Positions 1 to 12,239 of a stretch of DNA of 64,000 nucleotides are shown here, one piece after another (the stretch's first letter is position 1; the number at the start of each line of letters is the position of its first letter). Below the pieces are notes generated by a model. That model saw nothing but the letters and a program-made list of their open reading frames with translations. It was not told the origin of the DNA and made no database searches. The DNA lies in assembly GCA_965287045.1 (NCBI GenBank), contig CBDIYR020000003.1:8680001-8744000 (forward strand), read 5' to 3'. Made by a program: the position numbers and the translations under genes. This DNA comes from Carcharhinus amblyrhynchos. Taxonomy: Eukaryota.

Positions 1-980
1 CAGCCCATCGAGCCTGCTCCACCATTCATTTTGAACATGGTTGATCATCAAATTTAATACCCTGACTCCTCTTTCCTCTCATATGCTTTGATCTCATCAG
101 TCCCAAGAGCTATATCTATTTTCTTCATGAAATCAGAAAACGTTTTGGCCTCAAATACATTCTGTGATAGTGAATTCTATACATTCACCACCCTTTGGCT
201 GAAGAAATTTCTTCCCATCTCAGTTCTAATAGGCTTACCCCTTTTTCTTCAAACTATGACCCCTAGTTAGAATCATAGAAACCCTACGGTACAGAAAAAG
301 GCCATTCGGCCCATCGAGTCTGCACCGACTACAACCCCACCCAGGCCCTACCCCCATATCCCTAATATCTACCCACTAATCACTCTAACTACGCATCTCA
401 GCACACTAAGGGCAATTTTTTAACATGGCCAATCAACCTAACCCGCACATCTTTGGACTGTGGGAGAAAACCGGAGCACCCGGAGGAAACCCACGCAGAG
501 ACGAGTAGAATGTGCTAACTCCACACAGACAATGCTAACTACTTTGCTACCATGCCAAGCTCTGGACTCCTCCATCACTCGGAACATTCTTTCTGAACCT
601 ACACTACTTAACCCTGTTAGGATTTAAAAAGTCCCGATGATATCGCCTCTCACTCTTCGAAACTCCGGTGAATACAATCCTAACCGATTTAGTCACTCTT
701 CATATGACAAACCTGCCATCCCAGAAATCAGTCTGTTAAATCTTCGCTGTGCTCCCTCTCGAGGATTAGAGAGAATAGATCCAGAAAGAATTTTCCCGAT
801 GATGGGGGAGTCCAGAACTAAGACTGGCAGTTTGAGGGTAAGGTTTAAACCTTTTGGGACTGAGCTGAGCAGAGATTTCTTCACCCAGAGAGTAGCGAAG
901 TCATGGAATTCACTACCACAGGAAAGTAGTTGAGGCCAAAACGTTGTGTATTTTCAAGAAGAAACTAGATGTCGCACTTC
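1..980. mobile_element. Nested CR1-type LINE 3' fragments with an HE1/V-SINE inserted at ~268-558
   Basis: CR1 C-terminal motifs (FFTQRV..WNSLP); V-SINE core ggagcacccggaggaaacccacgc; whole block duplicated at ~48800-49760. Confidence 0.8.
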
Positions 981-1284
981 CTTCTCGAGAATTTTTGCCG
1001 AGTGATTCCTAAGTTTAGAATCAGATGATGCAGAAAATTCTCCAAAGGTCAGTTAATGTTGGTGGCAAATCCTGAAATCCGAATGGCTTCGAAATTCAAA
1101 GCATTTGGAGATGGGGATGATAATCAGTACATCATGGATACACGGCGATAGCATGACTCGAAGCAAATTCGGCCTCCTGGAGGAGAAATTAACCTCGTTC
1201 CACAAACCTGTCTCTTGCCCACAGTCACACTTCCCTTCCAATCTTAAGCATAGATTTAAGTTTTGTCATCTTTGAAGGCTTGCT

Positions 1285-1690
1285 GTAGTTGCTCAGGGTA
1301 TTGCCGAAGCCTCATTTGGAATACTGTGTGCAATTTTGGGGTTCCACATTGATGACAGGATATACTTCCATTGGAGAGGTTATAGCTAATGTTCACTAGG
1401 TTATTCCCTGTGATGAAGGCATTGTCCCAAGATGAGAGGCTGGGTAAATTGCGCAGAAATTCTCTGACGTCTGGCAGAATGAAATGTGATCTCATGGAAA
1501 CCTAAGCAGCAATGAATGAATTTGATCAGATGCATTCAGAGATATCATTTTCTCTCTCGGGGACTTTAAAACAAGGGGACACAATCTCAGGATAAGGGGC
1601 TGATCATTTCGGACTGAAATGAGGAGGAATTGCTCCACAGAAAGCTTTGTAAATCTTTGGAATTCTCTATCCCATAGGGTAGAGGATGCT
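1285..1690 (+). mobile_element. Degenerate CR1 LINE 3' fragment
   Basis: tggaatactgtgtgcaattttgg...tggaattctct motifs. Confidence 0.75.
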
Positions 1691-1699
1691 ATCATTATT

Positions 1700-2285
1700 T
1701 TTAATTCATTCGTGGGGTATGGGCGCCGCTGGCTGGCCAATGTTTCTTGCCCAACTCTAGTTGCCCTTGAGAAGGTGGTGGTTAGCTACCTTCTGAATCG
1801 TTGCAGTCCATGTGCTGTGGGTTCACCCACAATACCGTTAAGGGGGGAATTCCAGGATTTTGAGCCAGCAACTGCGAAGGAACAGTGATACATTTCCAAG
1901 TCAGCATGGTGAATGGCTTCGAGGGGAGATTGCAGGTGTTGGCATTCCCATCTAGCTGCTGCCCTTGTGCTTCTAGATGGAAGTGACCGTGGATTTGGAA
2001 AATGCTGTTTTAAGGATGTTTGTTGAATTGCTGCAGTGCATCTTGTATGTAGGACATACAAATTGCTGCTACTGATCGACGGCAGAGGATGAACTGGATG
2101 TTTACAGATGTGGTGCCAATCAAGTGGGTTGTTTGTCCTGGATGGTGTCAAGCTTCTTGAGTGTTGTTGGAGCTGGACCCATCCAGGCAAGTGGGGACTA
2201 TTTCATCATACACTTAATTTGGCCCTTGTTTTCGGGGACTTAGGAGGTGAGTTACTCATCGCAGGGTTCCTAGCCTCTGATAGCC
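1700..2285 (-). mobile_element. Non-LTR retrotransposon 3' end (second LINE family)
   Basis: ..SFAVAGSKSWNSP.. ORF2 tail; same family at ~6160-6950 (-) and ~62985-63130 (+). Confidence 0.72.
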
Positions 2286-2455
2286 ACTTGAAAAATGAGC
2301 ATAGTGAATGTTGTGCCCGCCAGTCTCTCTGGTCAAAGCGCCCATCTAATGAGAATTATGGATGCAGACACTTCAGGTCCCGTTTGTGCCTCCTGGCCTG
2401 TCTTGCGTTATTGGAGTGGTTGCTGCAGCTGTTCCGGAACTGCAACTTGGAGCGA

Positions 2456-2494
2456 GGTTTTTGTACAGCGATTGTTGTGTTTTGTCTCAGTGTG
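2456..2494 (-). other. 23-RSS of V1
   Basis: CACACTG - 23 nt - ACAAAAACC. Confidence 0.92.
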
Positions 2495-2929
2495 CGGATC
2501 AATCGCACAGTAATAAACTGCAGCATCCGAGTTCTCCGTGTTTTCAATGAGCAACTGGCCGCGTTTCGCAGTGGTATCAACATTCAGTTCAAAACGACCG
2601 CTTCGGCCTCTGCCAGACGTCCGCCTTGTCATCCACTCCAGTCCCTCACCGGACTTCTGTTTGTACCAACTCATGGCAGAGGAGCTGGATGCCTCGTAAC
2701 TACAATCTAACTGCACGGAATCCCCTCTCTGGACACTTTTCCAAGCGGGGGATTGAAGCACACGGTCCGAGAGACATGGACCTGGAATAAAATTCACATG
2801 ATGAAACATTGAAAAAACAATGAAAATAAAATTAACAATCAATTTTTGTTATTGGGTCCAACTCTTGTCCGTACATGTTAGCGTCACCAGAATGAGAGGC
2901 AATAGATATAATTGCACAATACAGTACAT
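2495..2929 (-). CDS. TRAV/TRDV: TCR alpha/delta V segment (V1): leader exon 2929-2875, V exon 2781-2495
   Basis: Leader MYCIVQLYLLPLILVTLT with phase-1 GT donor; acceptor ttccag; open frame DRVLQSP..VQLDCSY..MSWYKQ..DAAVYYCAID followed directly by an RSS. Confidence 0.93.
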
Positions 2930-3359
2930 CATTGCATTTGAAATCTCAATAAGAAACCCGTACACAGTTCACAGCAGAAGGAAGTGAATGGAGAGGGAAC
3001 ATTGAAATGTCGGCTGATTTATGTCAGTGACGCCCACACAAATCTAGCTCATGTAGTTTTGTCGCCCTTGCAATTCCCGGAAACGGATATTATTGATCTG
3101 ATGTAAGTACAGCCTTTATCCATAGCTGCTCATTTTACCGGTGGTCCATATTTGAACATATGAATTGTCTAAAGAGGAGTCGCGTCTTCCCTTCCCGGTG
3201 AGGGAAAGTGACGGGAACCACATCCCTTTGTCATCTTGACTGAAAGAAATAGCCAGTCGTCGAACTCTGTCAATCCCTTTACAGAGTGAATGGATCCTGA
3301 GGAACTGTAGTTAAGGAAAGACAAAATACGGAAAATTCAAATAGCTATTTCCCAGTAAA

Positions 3360-3635
3360 ACTGCTGCCTCACAGTGCCACACACCGCAGTTCGATTCCCG
3401 GCTTGGGTCACTGCCTGTTCAGAGTCTGCACGTTTTCCCCGTGTCTCCGTGGGTTTCCACTGGCTGCTCTGGTTTCCTCCACCAGTCGGAAAGACAAGCT
3501 GGTTAGGTACATTGGCCGTGCCAAATTCTCCCTCAGTGTATCCGAGCAGGCGCCTGAGTCTGGCGACTAGGGGATTTACGCACTCGCGTATTTGCAGATG
3601 TTAATGTAAGCATACATGTGACACGAATAAATAAT
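3360..3635 (+). mobile_element. HE1/V-SINE-type SINE
   Basis: tRNA-like head gttcgattcccggcttgggtcac, V-domain core, aataaataa tail; other copies at ~19725-20165, 35465-35765, 36160-36440, 37300-37740, 47480-47700, 53220-53485, 55085-55265. Confidence 0.78.
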
Positions 3636-4369
3636 TGTTAAAGTGAATTAAGTATGACTGTGGATATACGCTTCACGAAATAGTCAGCACATCGGGGAAA
3701 ATCTAATTGCCTTTTTCTTATAAGGTGGAAGAAAACTGTGGGAAAGTGCACTCTAACTCGACGTTTGGAACTGGGCGCTTTTGTGAATAAAGTCCACATA
3801 TTACCCGCTACAAGACACAAACAATGCGGAGGGCCAAGATCAATGAATATGAATATTTTTAGCATTCCAACAGTAATGCCAGCTTTGACAACTCGTAACA
3901 TCTGTTTTGAAATGACATACGTTTGCTATCAATGCTAATATACTATTTCTGTTTGAACATTTGCCCTTTTAATTTTTTTTCATTCAGTTCATTGACCATG
4001 CTAAATTGCCCTTGTGTCATGCGTGCGGTTATGGGAATAGGGCCTGGATGGGATTGTGACCGGTACAGACTCGATGGGCCGAATATCCTTCTTCTGTACT
4101 CTAAGGATTCTATGATTCTGTGAGTCTATGAATATTGTTGCTGGTTGCTGTTGCGAGTCTGGAATTCGGCTCGACACTTCCCTCTGCTGGCGGCGATGTT
4201 TCACTCTAAAATGTCAGTCTTCAGGACTCAAGTTTGTTTTTAACAATTTACCGTCATGAATTCTATCACGATTTTGTTGATGCCCTTTATTCAGATTTTA
4301 GACTGCACCTGGAGAGGAGAATCTTTTCTTATGAGCCGCCCTCCTCCAGACAAAAAAAACTTTTTCCAG

Positions 4370-4470
4370 ACGTGGCTCATGGGGCTCCTGTCACTCAGCC
4401 GGTATCCTCAGCAATTCAGACAGAAGGAGAAGCGGTGGCTTCACAATGTATCTGTAACACGACATTCTAC
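4370..4470 (+). pseudogene. 5' fragment of a V exon
   Basis: ttttttccag acceptor, then DVAHGAPVTQPVSSAIQTEGEAVASQC (compare DLSHGDSVTQPLPSDVKAEG of V17); similarity stops after the first Cys; no RSS. Confidence 0.65.
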
Positions 4471-5098
4471 GCCCTGAAAATGGAACATTCTGAACACATC
4501 AATTAAGTCGCTTTGATACCTTCTTGCTTATAAGCAAAAGATACAAATTAATCCCTGGCGCGATTCCGATTTAGAATTTCTGCTTTTACTGCAAAGACCA
4601 TTTCACCCGAATTCGTCATCCCCAGGATTTGAACAGAAAACTCTCGCAATGATTTCCGCAGATTTAGCATCGTTTTCCCAAATACATATCAAAAGTAACG
4701 AAGTCAGTATCGGAAGAGCTCCAATTTAAATTTCTGGACAGCATTTGTGTCTTGGGACACAGAGGAAAGAACAAAGAAAATGTCAGCACAAGAACAGGCC
4801 CTCCAGGTGCACCGACGATGGTGCCAGACTGAACTAAAACGCCCTGCCCTTCCGGGGATCGCATCCCTCTATTCAGACAAATCCATGAATAGGATGGGAA
4901 TATGTCACAGTAAACCCCGAATCCACTCAACATCAATATCTGAGCGTGCAATTAATAAGCATTCGCCGACAGACGGCGCCAAATTCAAACCCCAGCGTCA
5001 CAACTTAAACCTGTATGGATGGCAGGCTTGTGAGGTCACGATAGACTCCCCCCACCCCCCAGCCCCGCCCTCCCCCTCTCTCTCTCTCTGTCTGTCTC

Positions 5099-5133
5099 AT
5101 ACACACACACACACACACACACACAGACACACA
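5099..5133. repeat. (CA)n microsatellite, preceded by a (CT)n tract, in the V2 upstream region
   Basis: Read directly from the sequence. Confidence 0.9.
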
Positions 5134-5221
5134 CGGCCATCAGCTGAACCAAGACCGTGTTCTCTCTTTCTCAATCTGTGACTCATTCCATTCCCATTCA
5201 CTGAGGGGGATTCAGTAGGAC

Positions 5222-5710
5222 ATGTTTCTGCTCATCCTGGCGGCTCTCTTGCACTGTAAGTACTGGAAAACCTTCATCAAACCAGATAAACATATTGGTG
5301 GCAACTTAATTAACAATCTGAAATATCTATGCGATGCGTAGAATAAGTTCCTCAAATTACCGCAGATACAAACACATTTACATTAACTCTTGACATTTAA
5401 TTCCTCGATCTTCACAGGCGGACGCTGCGCTGATCCAGTAACTCAGTCACCAGTGACAATAACCGCAACAGAAGGAGGTTCGGTGCAATTAGATTGTAAA
5501 TATACAGACCGGGGTATGGAGTACATGCAATGGTATCAGCAGAAACCGGCGGGGCCACCGACATGGATCATTTCTAAAGTATTAGCAATGAAGGATGATG
5601 GAGTTTCAGGACGATACCTGGCGGCTGCTGACAGGTCTGAGCAGAAGGGTTACCTCAATATCAGCGCTCTCAATGTGGAGGACGGGGCGGTTTATTACTG
5701 CGCAATGAGG
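5222..5710 (+). CDS. TRAV/TRDV: TCR alpha/delta V segment (V2): leader 5222-5255, V exon 5418-5710
   Basis: Leader MFLLILAALLH|gtaag; cacag acceptor; DPVTQSP..VQLDCKY..MQWYQQKP..DGAVYYCAMR. Confidence 0.93.
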
Positions 5711-5748
5711 CACAGTGTTAGATTACAGCTAAACCCCATACAAAAACC
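5711..5748 (+). other. RSS of V2 (22-nt spacer)
   Basis: CACAGTG - 22 nt - ACAAAAACC. Confidence 0.9.
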
Positions 5749-6159
5749 TCAGAGAGTATTCACAGCTCCACGAAGTTTCCTTCTGCACGAATGCAGTCAG
5801 GTCTATTTTCCGGGTATTCTGTCCTGGTTGAGTTCGGCAGAGAAGCGGTTTGGGAAAACTAGATGCTAATCTCCATGCCGCGATTTATGTAGTAAATTGA
5901 AACAGTGAGTATCTACCTAGCAGCTAAAGGGCGCAGTGCAGTTAATATGATAGAAAATTGCAGGCTGATCTTCCTGAATTGTTAACTCAAATAAGCCCAC
6001 GGACACCTGTAACAAAATGCAGAACAGATCAAAATCTTTTGTCGTATTTAACAAATGAGATGTCGAATAGCCGCCACAGACTCTCACCCAGCAGCACCAC
6101 TATTATTATAAACCTGGGACACAGAAACTTACCCAACAACACGAAGATAGTCGAGTGTA

Positions 6160-6950
6160 TTAGGTGATGTTGTACTGCCTTCCTGAAGTTCTGCGGCCTC
6201 TGAGGTTTCCGGTACACCCATTCTGCTGTTAGTGAGGGAGTTCCAGGGTTTGAACCCAGTGAGGGCGAAGGAACAACGCTATATTTCCAGGAAAGGATGT
6301 GAAATAACTTGAAAGGGGATCTCTAGATGGTGGTGTTCTCACATGCCTGCTGCCCTTGTCCCCCTAGATGGCAGTGGTTGTGTGTTTGGATTGTGCAGCC
6401 TAAAAGAAAAGTTTGTGAGTTGCTGCAGTGTTTCTTGTAGAATGTACACACGGCTACCACTGTTCTTCGGTGGTGGCAGGAATGGTTGTTTTCGGAATGG
6501 TGAGCAATCAAGCGGACTGTTTGGTCCTATATCGTGTCGAGTTTATTGAGTTGTTGGAGCCACATTATCCACGTAAGTAGGGAGCATTCCATTTACACTC
6601 CTGACATGTCCCTTGTAGATGGTGGATATGCTTTGGAGAGTCACACTGCAAATTACTCGTCGCAGGATTCCTAACCTTTGACCTGGTCTGGTAGCCACTT
6701 TCCTGGATCCAGCTCAGTTTTCAGTCAAATCCCAGGATGTTGGTGGAGTGGAGAGGGGGCTGGGGTGGGGCGGATGTGGAATCAGCGCTGGCAATCTTAT
6801 TGAATGTCAAGGAAAGTTTTTTTTTCGACCCTCTCTTTTTCGAGATGGTCAATGCCTGGAACTTGTGTGACGTGAATATTGTTTGCACTTCTCAGGTCAA
6901 ACCTAAGTATTGTCCAGGTCTTGCTGCATTTGGGCAGAGACCAAATGTCT
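6160..6950 (-). mobile_element. Degenerate LINE fragment, same family as 1700-2285
   Basis: Shared ggagttccagg / gctgcccttgt..ctagatgg motifs. Confidence 0.7.
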
Positions 6951-7213
6951 GATTCCAGACAATGGAGTGTCATCCTTAAATTGAAGAATGTGAATGATTT
7001 CCTCGCCAGAAAGCCCACTCTCACTGAGTGAATGTTTCTTCAATCGGATAGGTTATGGCCTGATTGTCAATATGACTGAGCAAAGTCGATGTTAGGAATT
7101 CCAAAGCCCAGAGCAACCTCGCTCACTTGCTTCATTTCCTGCTCTCGCTCTGACATGTCTTGCCTGAAGTGTGCTATTTGTATGATCGCTGCAGCAACTG
7201 TAAGCAGGTGTGA

Positions 7214-7680
7214 GGGTGTTGTACAGTAACTACCGTCTTTCCTCTCAATGTGGGCTGTATCGCACAGTAATACACAACAGTATCCAAGCTCTCCGTGTCT
7301 TCACTAACCAACTGGCCCAATTTGCCCGCAGTGGAAAGTTTCAATTCAAATCAGTCCTTTTCTCTTTGCCAACCGAGAATTTGCTTATTATCCACTAACG
7401 TCCTTGATGGGGCTTTTGTCTGTACCAATACATTCCAAAAATACTGGACATGCCATAGCTGCAGTTTATCTGTGCTGAATCCCCGCTCTGGACTGTTTTC
7501 GCTGCTTGAGTTTATGAAACTTAGTCCGAGTGACATCGACCGATGAAAACATTCAGTCAATGAAACACTGGAGCAAAATTAATATAAATATACAGATCCA
7601 CAAGTTATAGAATAAATATCGGGCACTTAAAAGTTGGCATCACCAGAATGACGAGGAATAGATTCCTTTGCACTATGTGA
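7214..7680 (-). pseudogene. V pseudogene (V3), paralog of V10
   Basis: INCSYGMSSIFGMYWYRQKP and YYCAIQP are recognisable; several in-frame TAA/TAG stops, a frameshift, both splice sites lost; degenerate RSS CACATTG-23-ACAACACCC. Confidence 0.88.
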
Positions 7681-9002
7681 TACAAAAGCATTGTCAATAG
7701 GAATGAGGGGCACAGCTCACAGCAGAAGGGCGCGAAGTGAATCAACACCTTCAATATTCCGCTAATGTCAGGTGCAACAACTAAAGTTCCGGAGACTCGG
7801 TTTCTCTGTAGTTTGATTGGCTGGAATCAGATTCTGCTGGTGCGGTGTAAGGATGTGGGTTGTTGATGTCTTTCCGGTCACGTGTGAAAAAGTCATTTGT
7901 CTATTAACCAGGACCTACTTTACTGCAGTAACTGTAAATTATAAAAGTAATTAAAGATTAACTGTTCACCAATGAAGGCATTGATTTCAAACTGAGTTTT
8001 GCCCACATTTTAAAGTTATATACGATAAATGCGTGATCAATGACATGTTGGAGACATTTTACTTGATTTACTTTTGCAAACTTAATTGATTCTCCTTGAT
8101 TTCATCTCTTTTTGTGTAACTTGGACAGCATTTCAAGTCAACAGCTCAGCGCCACATCCTAAAGAGCAAATAGGGATCTCTTCTTCCCACAATCAACAAT
8201 ATCTCCACTTTCAGCCTCTAACAGACCAACATTACTCCTAATCACCTTCTTTCCCTTTATGTAACTAATATTTTCTTATTGATCTCGATCTGCTTTGCAA
8301 GTCTCATTTCATAATCCATTCTACCAGCTCTTCTATGTCGCTTCATAGAACTTTGCAGGTCTTTGCGCTTTTCGGTGGTGGTTGAATTATCACTCTTGCT
8401 TTCTGAGTATGGGAGCGCATATTTCTGACATTAACTGAAACTTTCGATGTGCAATGTTGTACCGAATCTGCTGTGTCTCTACAGCAATATGGGGCTTAAG
8501 ACACAGAAATAGCGGTAGCGGATAAGAGAGTATTTTTCATATCATTAATTCTGTAATGTCTGCTGCTTTACTAAGTATAGAAGCGAATTTCTGTGTAAAG
8601 CCGGGTTCCACTTTGCTGTCCCTCCCCAGAGCTGAAACACAGAATGTAGAAATGCCCATATTCTAACTGTACTGAGCACCAAGGGCTTGGTTTGTTTACA
8701 GGATGGAATTTGTGGTAAAATGATCCCCCACTTCAACGATCGTTTTCGGCACTGACTCCTCTCTTGAACTGGGTAATGAATATTTATCACTACATCAGCA
8801 CTTGTTAAATAAAATAAATGTTTGGGATGCGGCGGCCGGGTTAGGGCGGGGCACTAAGGAGAGTTCATTTTACTTGGAAACATCTACTTAATCTAACCTG
8901 ACATAATAATTAGTGATCTGTGATACTTCCACAGCGTGTTCCCTATATTTTCGCAGTAAGTGAAATTCTCCGTCACGGTGGAAATATAGATCCCCTCTCC
9001 AT

Positions 9003-9608
9003 TGGGGATGGAGTATAAAAGCAGGGAGGTCTTGCTGCAATTGTACAAGGTGCCGGTGAGGCCGCAACTAGAGTCCTTTGTGCAATTTTGATCCCCTTAC
9101 TTGCGAAAGGGTATATTGGCCTTGGAGGGAGTGTAGAGAAAGTTCACAAGGTTGATACCGGAGATGAGGGGGTTAGCTTATGAGGAGAGATTGAGTAGAT
9201 TGGGCTTTACTCGTTGGAGTTTAGAAGACTGAGGGGGGGATCATATAGAGACTTACAAGATAATGAAGGGGCTAGATAGGGTAGAGGCAGAGAGATTATT
9301 TCCACTTAGAAAGGAAACAAGAACTAGAGGGCACAGCCTCAAAGTAAGGGGGAGTCAATTTAGAACAGAGTTGAGGAGGACTTCTTTGCTCAGAGGGTAG
9401 TGAATCTTTGGAATTCTCTGCCCATTGAAGCAGTGGAGGCTACCTCGTTAAATGTGTTTAAGTCACAGGTAGATAGATTTCTGATCAATAAGGGAATTAA
9501 GGGTTATGGGAAACTGAACCACTATCAGATCAGCCATGATCTTATTGAATGGCGGGGCAGGCTCGAGGGGCTAGATGGCCTACTCCTGCTCCTATTTCTT
9601 ATGTTCTT
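9003..9608 (+). mobile_element. CR1 LINE 3' end
   Basis: RT C-terminal motifs; 3' tail ctcctatttcttatgttctta. Confidence 0.85.
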
Positions 9609-10103
9609 ACTGGACTGCGGATCCAAACAACGACAAACATAAAAGATTGGCAGCAGCATCTCCAATAAAAATGACAAGTGAGAAGGGTCGGTGTGAGAAC
9701 AGCACAGGACAGTCTGGGTAGTGTTGTCACAAGTAGGATTTATCTACAAGGAACTGAACTCAGGAACAAAGGAACATTGAAAAATTACATAACGTTGCCT
9801 CTCTGTAGCAAGTGTCGCTAATCTTTATTCCATTCTGCCGATCAATAGGCTCGTACCAACTTTGTTAGAGGCAGAACATTATTCAATACTAAACGGAATC
9901 TTCATCAAGCGCCTCACAAAAATATTGCTTTGATTTTCCCGCTTATATGTCTTTGAGATCCAGATACACTCAGAAACCTTACGCTCTGATGAGTGGGATA
10001 TGGCATTAACGCTTGCTTCCCCTATATAAACACATAGCCCTGGTTAAGAAACGTCAGAGTGGTGAGGGGCAACTCCCACAGCTCCATCCGTGTGATATCC
10101 TGA

Positions 10104-10116
10104 GGAAGTGACATCA
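10104..10116 (+). promoter_or_regulatory. ETS + CRE-like TCR-V decamer (GGAAGTGACATCA) upstream of V4
   Basis: AGTGACATCA matches the AGTGAYRTCA decamer known from TCR V promoters; also present upstream of V6 and V13. Confidence 0.65.
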
Positions 10117-10212
10117 GAACTGTGGTTGCTCTGAGTCTGTGTTGCCCTGCAGGAGGTGATGTTAGCTCTTTTACAATTCTCTATTCTGCACCTTTCTGAC
10201 ACAGCAGCAGCG

Positions 10213-11240
10213 ATGCGGATCCCCATTCTCGCCGTGCTCTGGGCGGGTTTCTGTGTCGGTAAGAAATTTAAAACTTTTAAATGAGGATTAATTTCAGAGA
10301 ATTAGATTTGAAAAGTAAATAGTCTATTTAATACTGGTATCGAAACTTGGTCAGACCACATGAGGAGTGTTAGGAAATAATGTAAGGGCACAGGAGAAAA
10401 TGAGAAATTAAGAAGGTGATATGGCAATTGGCGTGAGCTTGCTATGAGAAATAATTGTGCTGGCTGAGGTTATTTTATCTCGCAAAGCGATACTGGAGGG
10501 ACAGCCTGCCAGATGTGATTGAAAGGGGATTAATGTGATTCAAGGTGATTCAAATGTGGTTGAAAGGTGGTTAATAGGTTAGTGCTGCAGAGCTCTTTTC
10601 ACTTCTGGATCACTGATTATGATAAATATAATGATGCAAAGAGATGCAAAACGGCTTTGTGGACGGACCTCCATACACAAAGTGTCTTTATATTCTGTAA
10701 CTACCACAAGGAAAGTTAAATAAAGAGATGATGGAGAAAGAAATGGATGAAAATTCTGAGAGATTGAGACGAAGTACGGTGAATTGCCCTCTCTGGGATG
10801 TAAAACAGACAGGTCAATTTTGTAGAATTTTTTTTTCCTTAAGGTCTGTACTCCAACTTTTTGTATGTAATACTAGCCACTAATAGTCACATTTCAGTTC
10901 AGTTGATCATTTCACTTTTTTAACTGTGTATTCCAGATCACAGCGGTGGAGACTCTGTTACTCAGCGGGAATCCTCACTCACATCGTCAGAGGGAAAATA
11001 TGTCACTTTAAGCTGCACCTTTACCGCCGATGCTTATTATTTATTCTGGTACCGTCAGTACCCAGGCAGACAGCCTGAGTTTGCCGTCGGCCGCGACCCG
11101 ACCGACAGCTATGAATTCAAGGCCGATTTCGCTCGGACCCGGTTTTCAGATCGAGTGCAGCAGTCAGACAGGCTGTACCGATTGAGAATCTCGGAGCTGC
11201 GGTTGTCTGACACCGCGGTCTATTACTGTGCGCAGAGTCT
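10213..11240 (+). CDS. TRAV/TRDV: TCR alpha/delta V segment (V4): leader 10213-10258, V exon 10937-11240
   Basis: MRIPILAVLWAGFCV|gtaag; ttccag acceptor; GDSVTQRESS..TLSCTFTADAYYLFWYRQYP..DTAVYYCAQS, frame open. Confidence 0.94.
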
Positions 11241-11279
11241 CACAGTGATGAGAACGAGTGAAATTCTCGTACAAAAACT
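11241..11279 (+). other. 23-RSS of V4
   Basis: CACAGTG - 23 - ACAAAAACT. Confidence 0.93.
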
Positions 11280-12239
11280 GCCGCAGGTTTCTGGGTCACA
11301 GCTGCTGTCTGCTGAGGACTGTTTACAACAGCCAGTCACACACTGACACTGGAATAGGTTTCTGTGCACAAAGACCCAGAGAGCAATTAGCAGAAATACC
11401 ATCAGAAACGGCACAAACCGAACATTCTTTCTGCCTGATTATTGCGTTCACGTCGTGGCTGCAAAACTGGCTGCCCACCAGTCACAACACAAACTCCCGT
11501 TAGTTTCCTGAAACTCGCTCTGTCGATGCAGTGAAATAGGGTAAACGGAAAGTAACACTGTTTAAAATATCAGTCTGCAATGGAAACAGGCTTACGCAGG
11601 GTGAAAATGTTGATAATTAAATGAAACATGTTAATTGTCCCTCACTGTTACAGAGGTGTGGAAATATTAACCAAACATACCGCTAAAAAGCAGTAAGTTC
11701 TGAGCCTTGCTGCCACCTTGTGGAAGAGTTCAGAATTTCTACCTGTAATGTTCAGTTCCATTCAGAACAGAATTGTTCAGGAATTATTTTTGCAAGCAAT
11801 TCAAAAGATTTCACAAAACTGTCTTGTCAGTAAATATTGTGTTGTTCGGTGTAAGTGCTGTACTGAACTTTACTCTATGCTCTATTTTCCTATTGTAACT
11901 TGTATTTCATGTATTCATTTATGAGACAATCTCCTTGTTTCGATTACAGCAAGCCCTGCCTTGGTTAACAACTGTCCAGAACGTATTTCTTCTCACAAGA
12001 CACAAACTAGTGTCTCAACTAATACCACACTGATCCCACATATCTGTTCATATTTCACTGGATCTGGTGCCTGTTTATATGATACTGGCGCTGTCTCCTT
12101 CCTTCAACTTTATTTGGCGTGTAATCCATTAGAGACGCTGTCGGTTGTTGCTCGTCTTAGACCATGCCCATGTTTATATTGTAAATTTTAGAAAATTTTC
12201 CAAACTCTCTGAGGCATTTTGAATTAGATTTGAATTCAG

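Larger units (their letters stand above)
2286..3750 (+). repeat. Direct duplication of the V1 block at ~52146-53605
   Basis: Near-identical flanks and SINE by eye. Confidence 0.9.

Noticed and set aside
2108-2710. 200-aa plus-strand ORF and similar ORFs at 52147 and 34144
   Set aside because: Antisense shadows of V exons fused to repeat sequence
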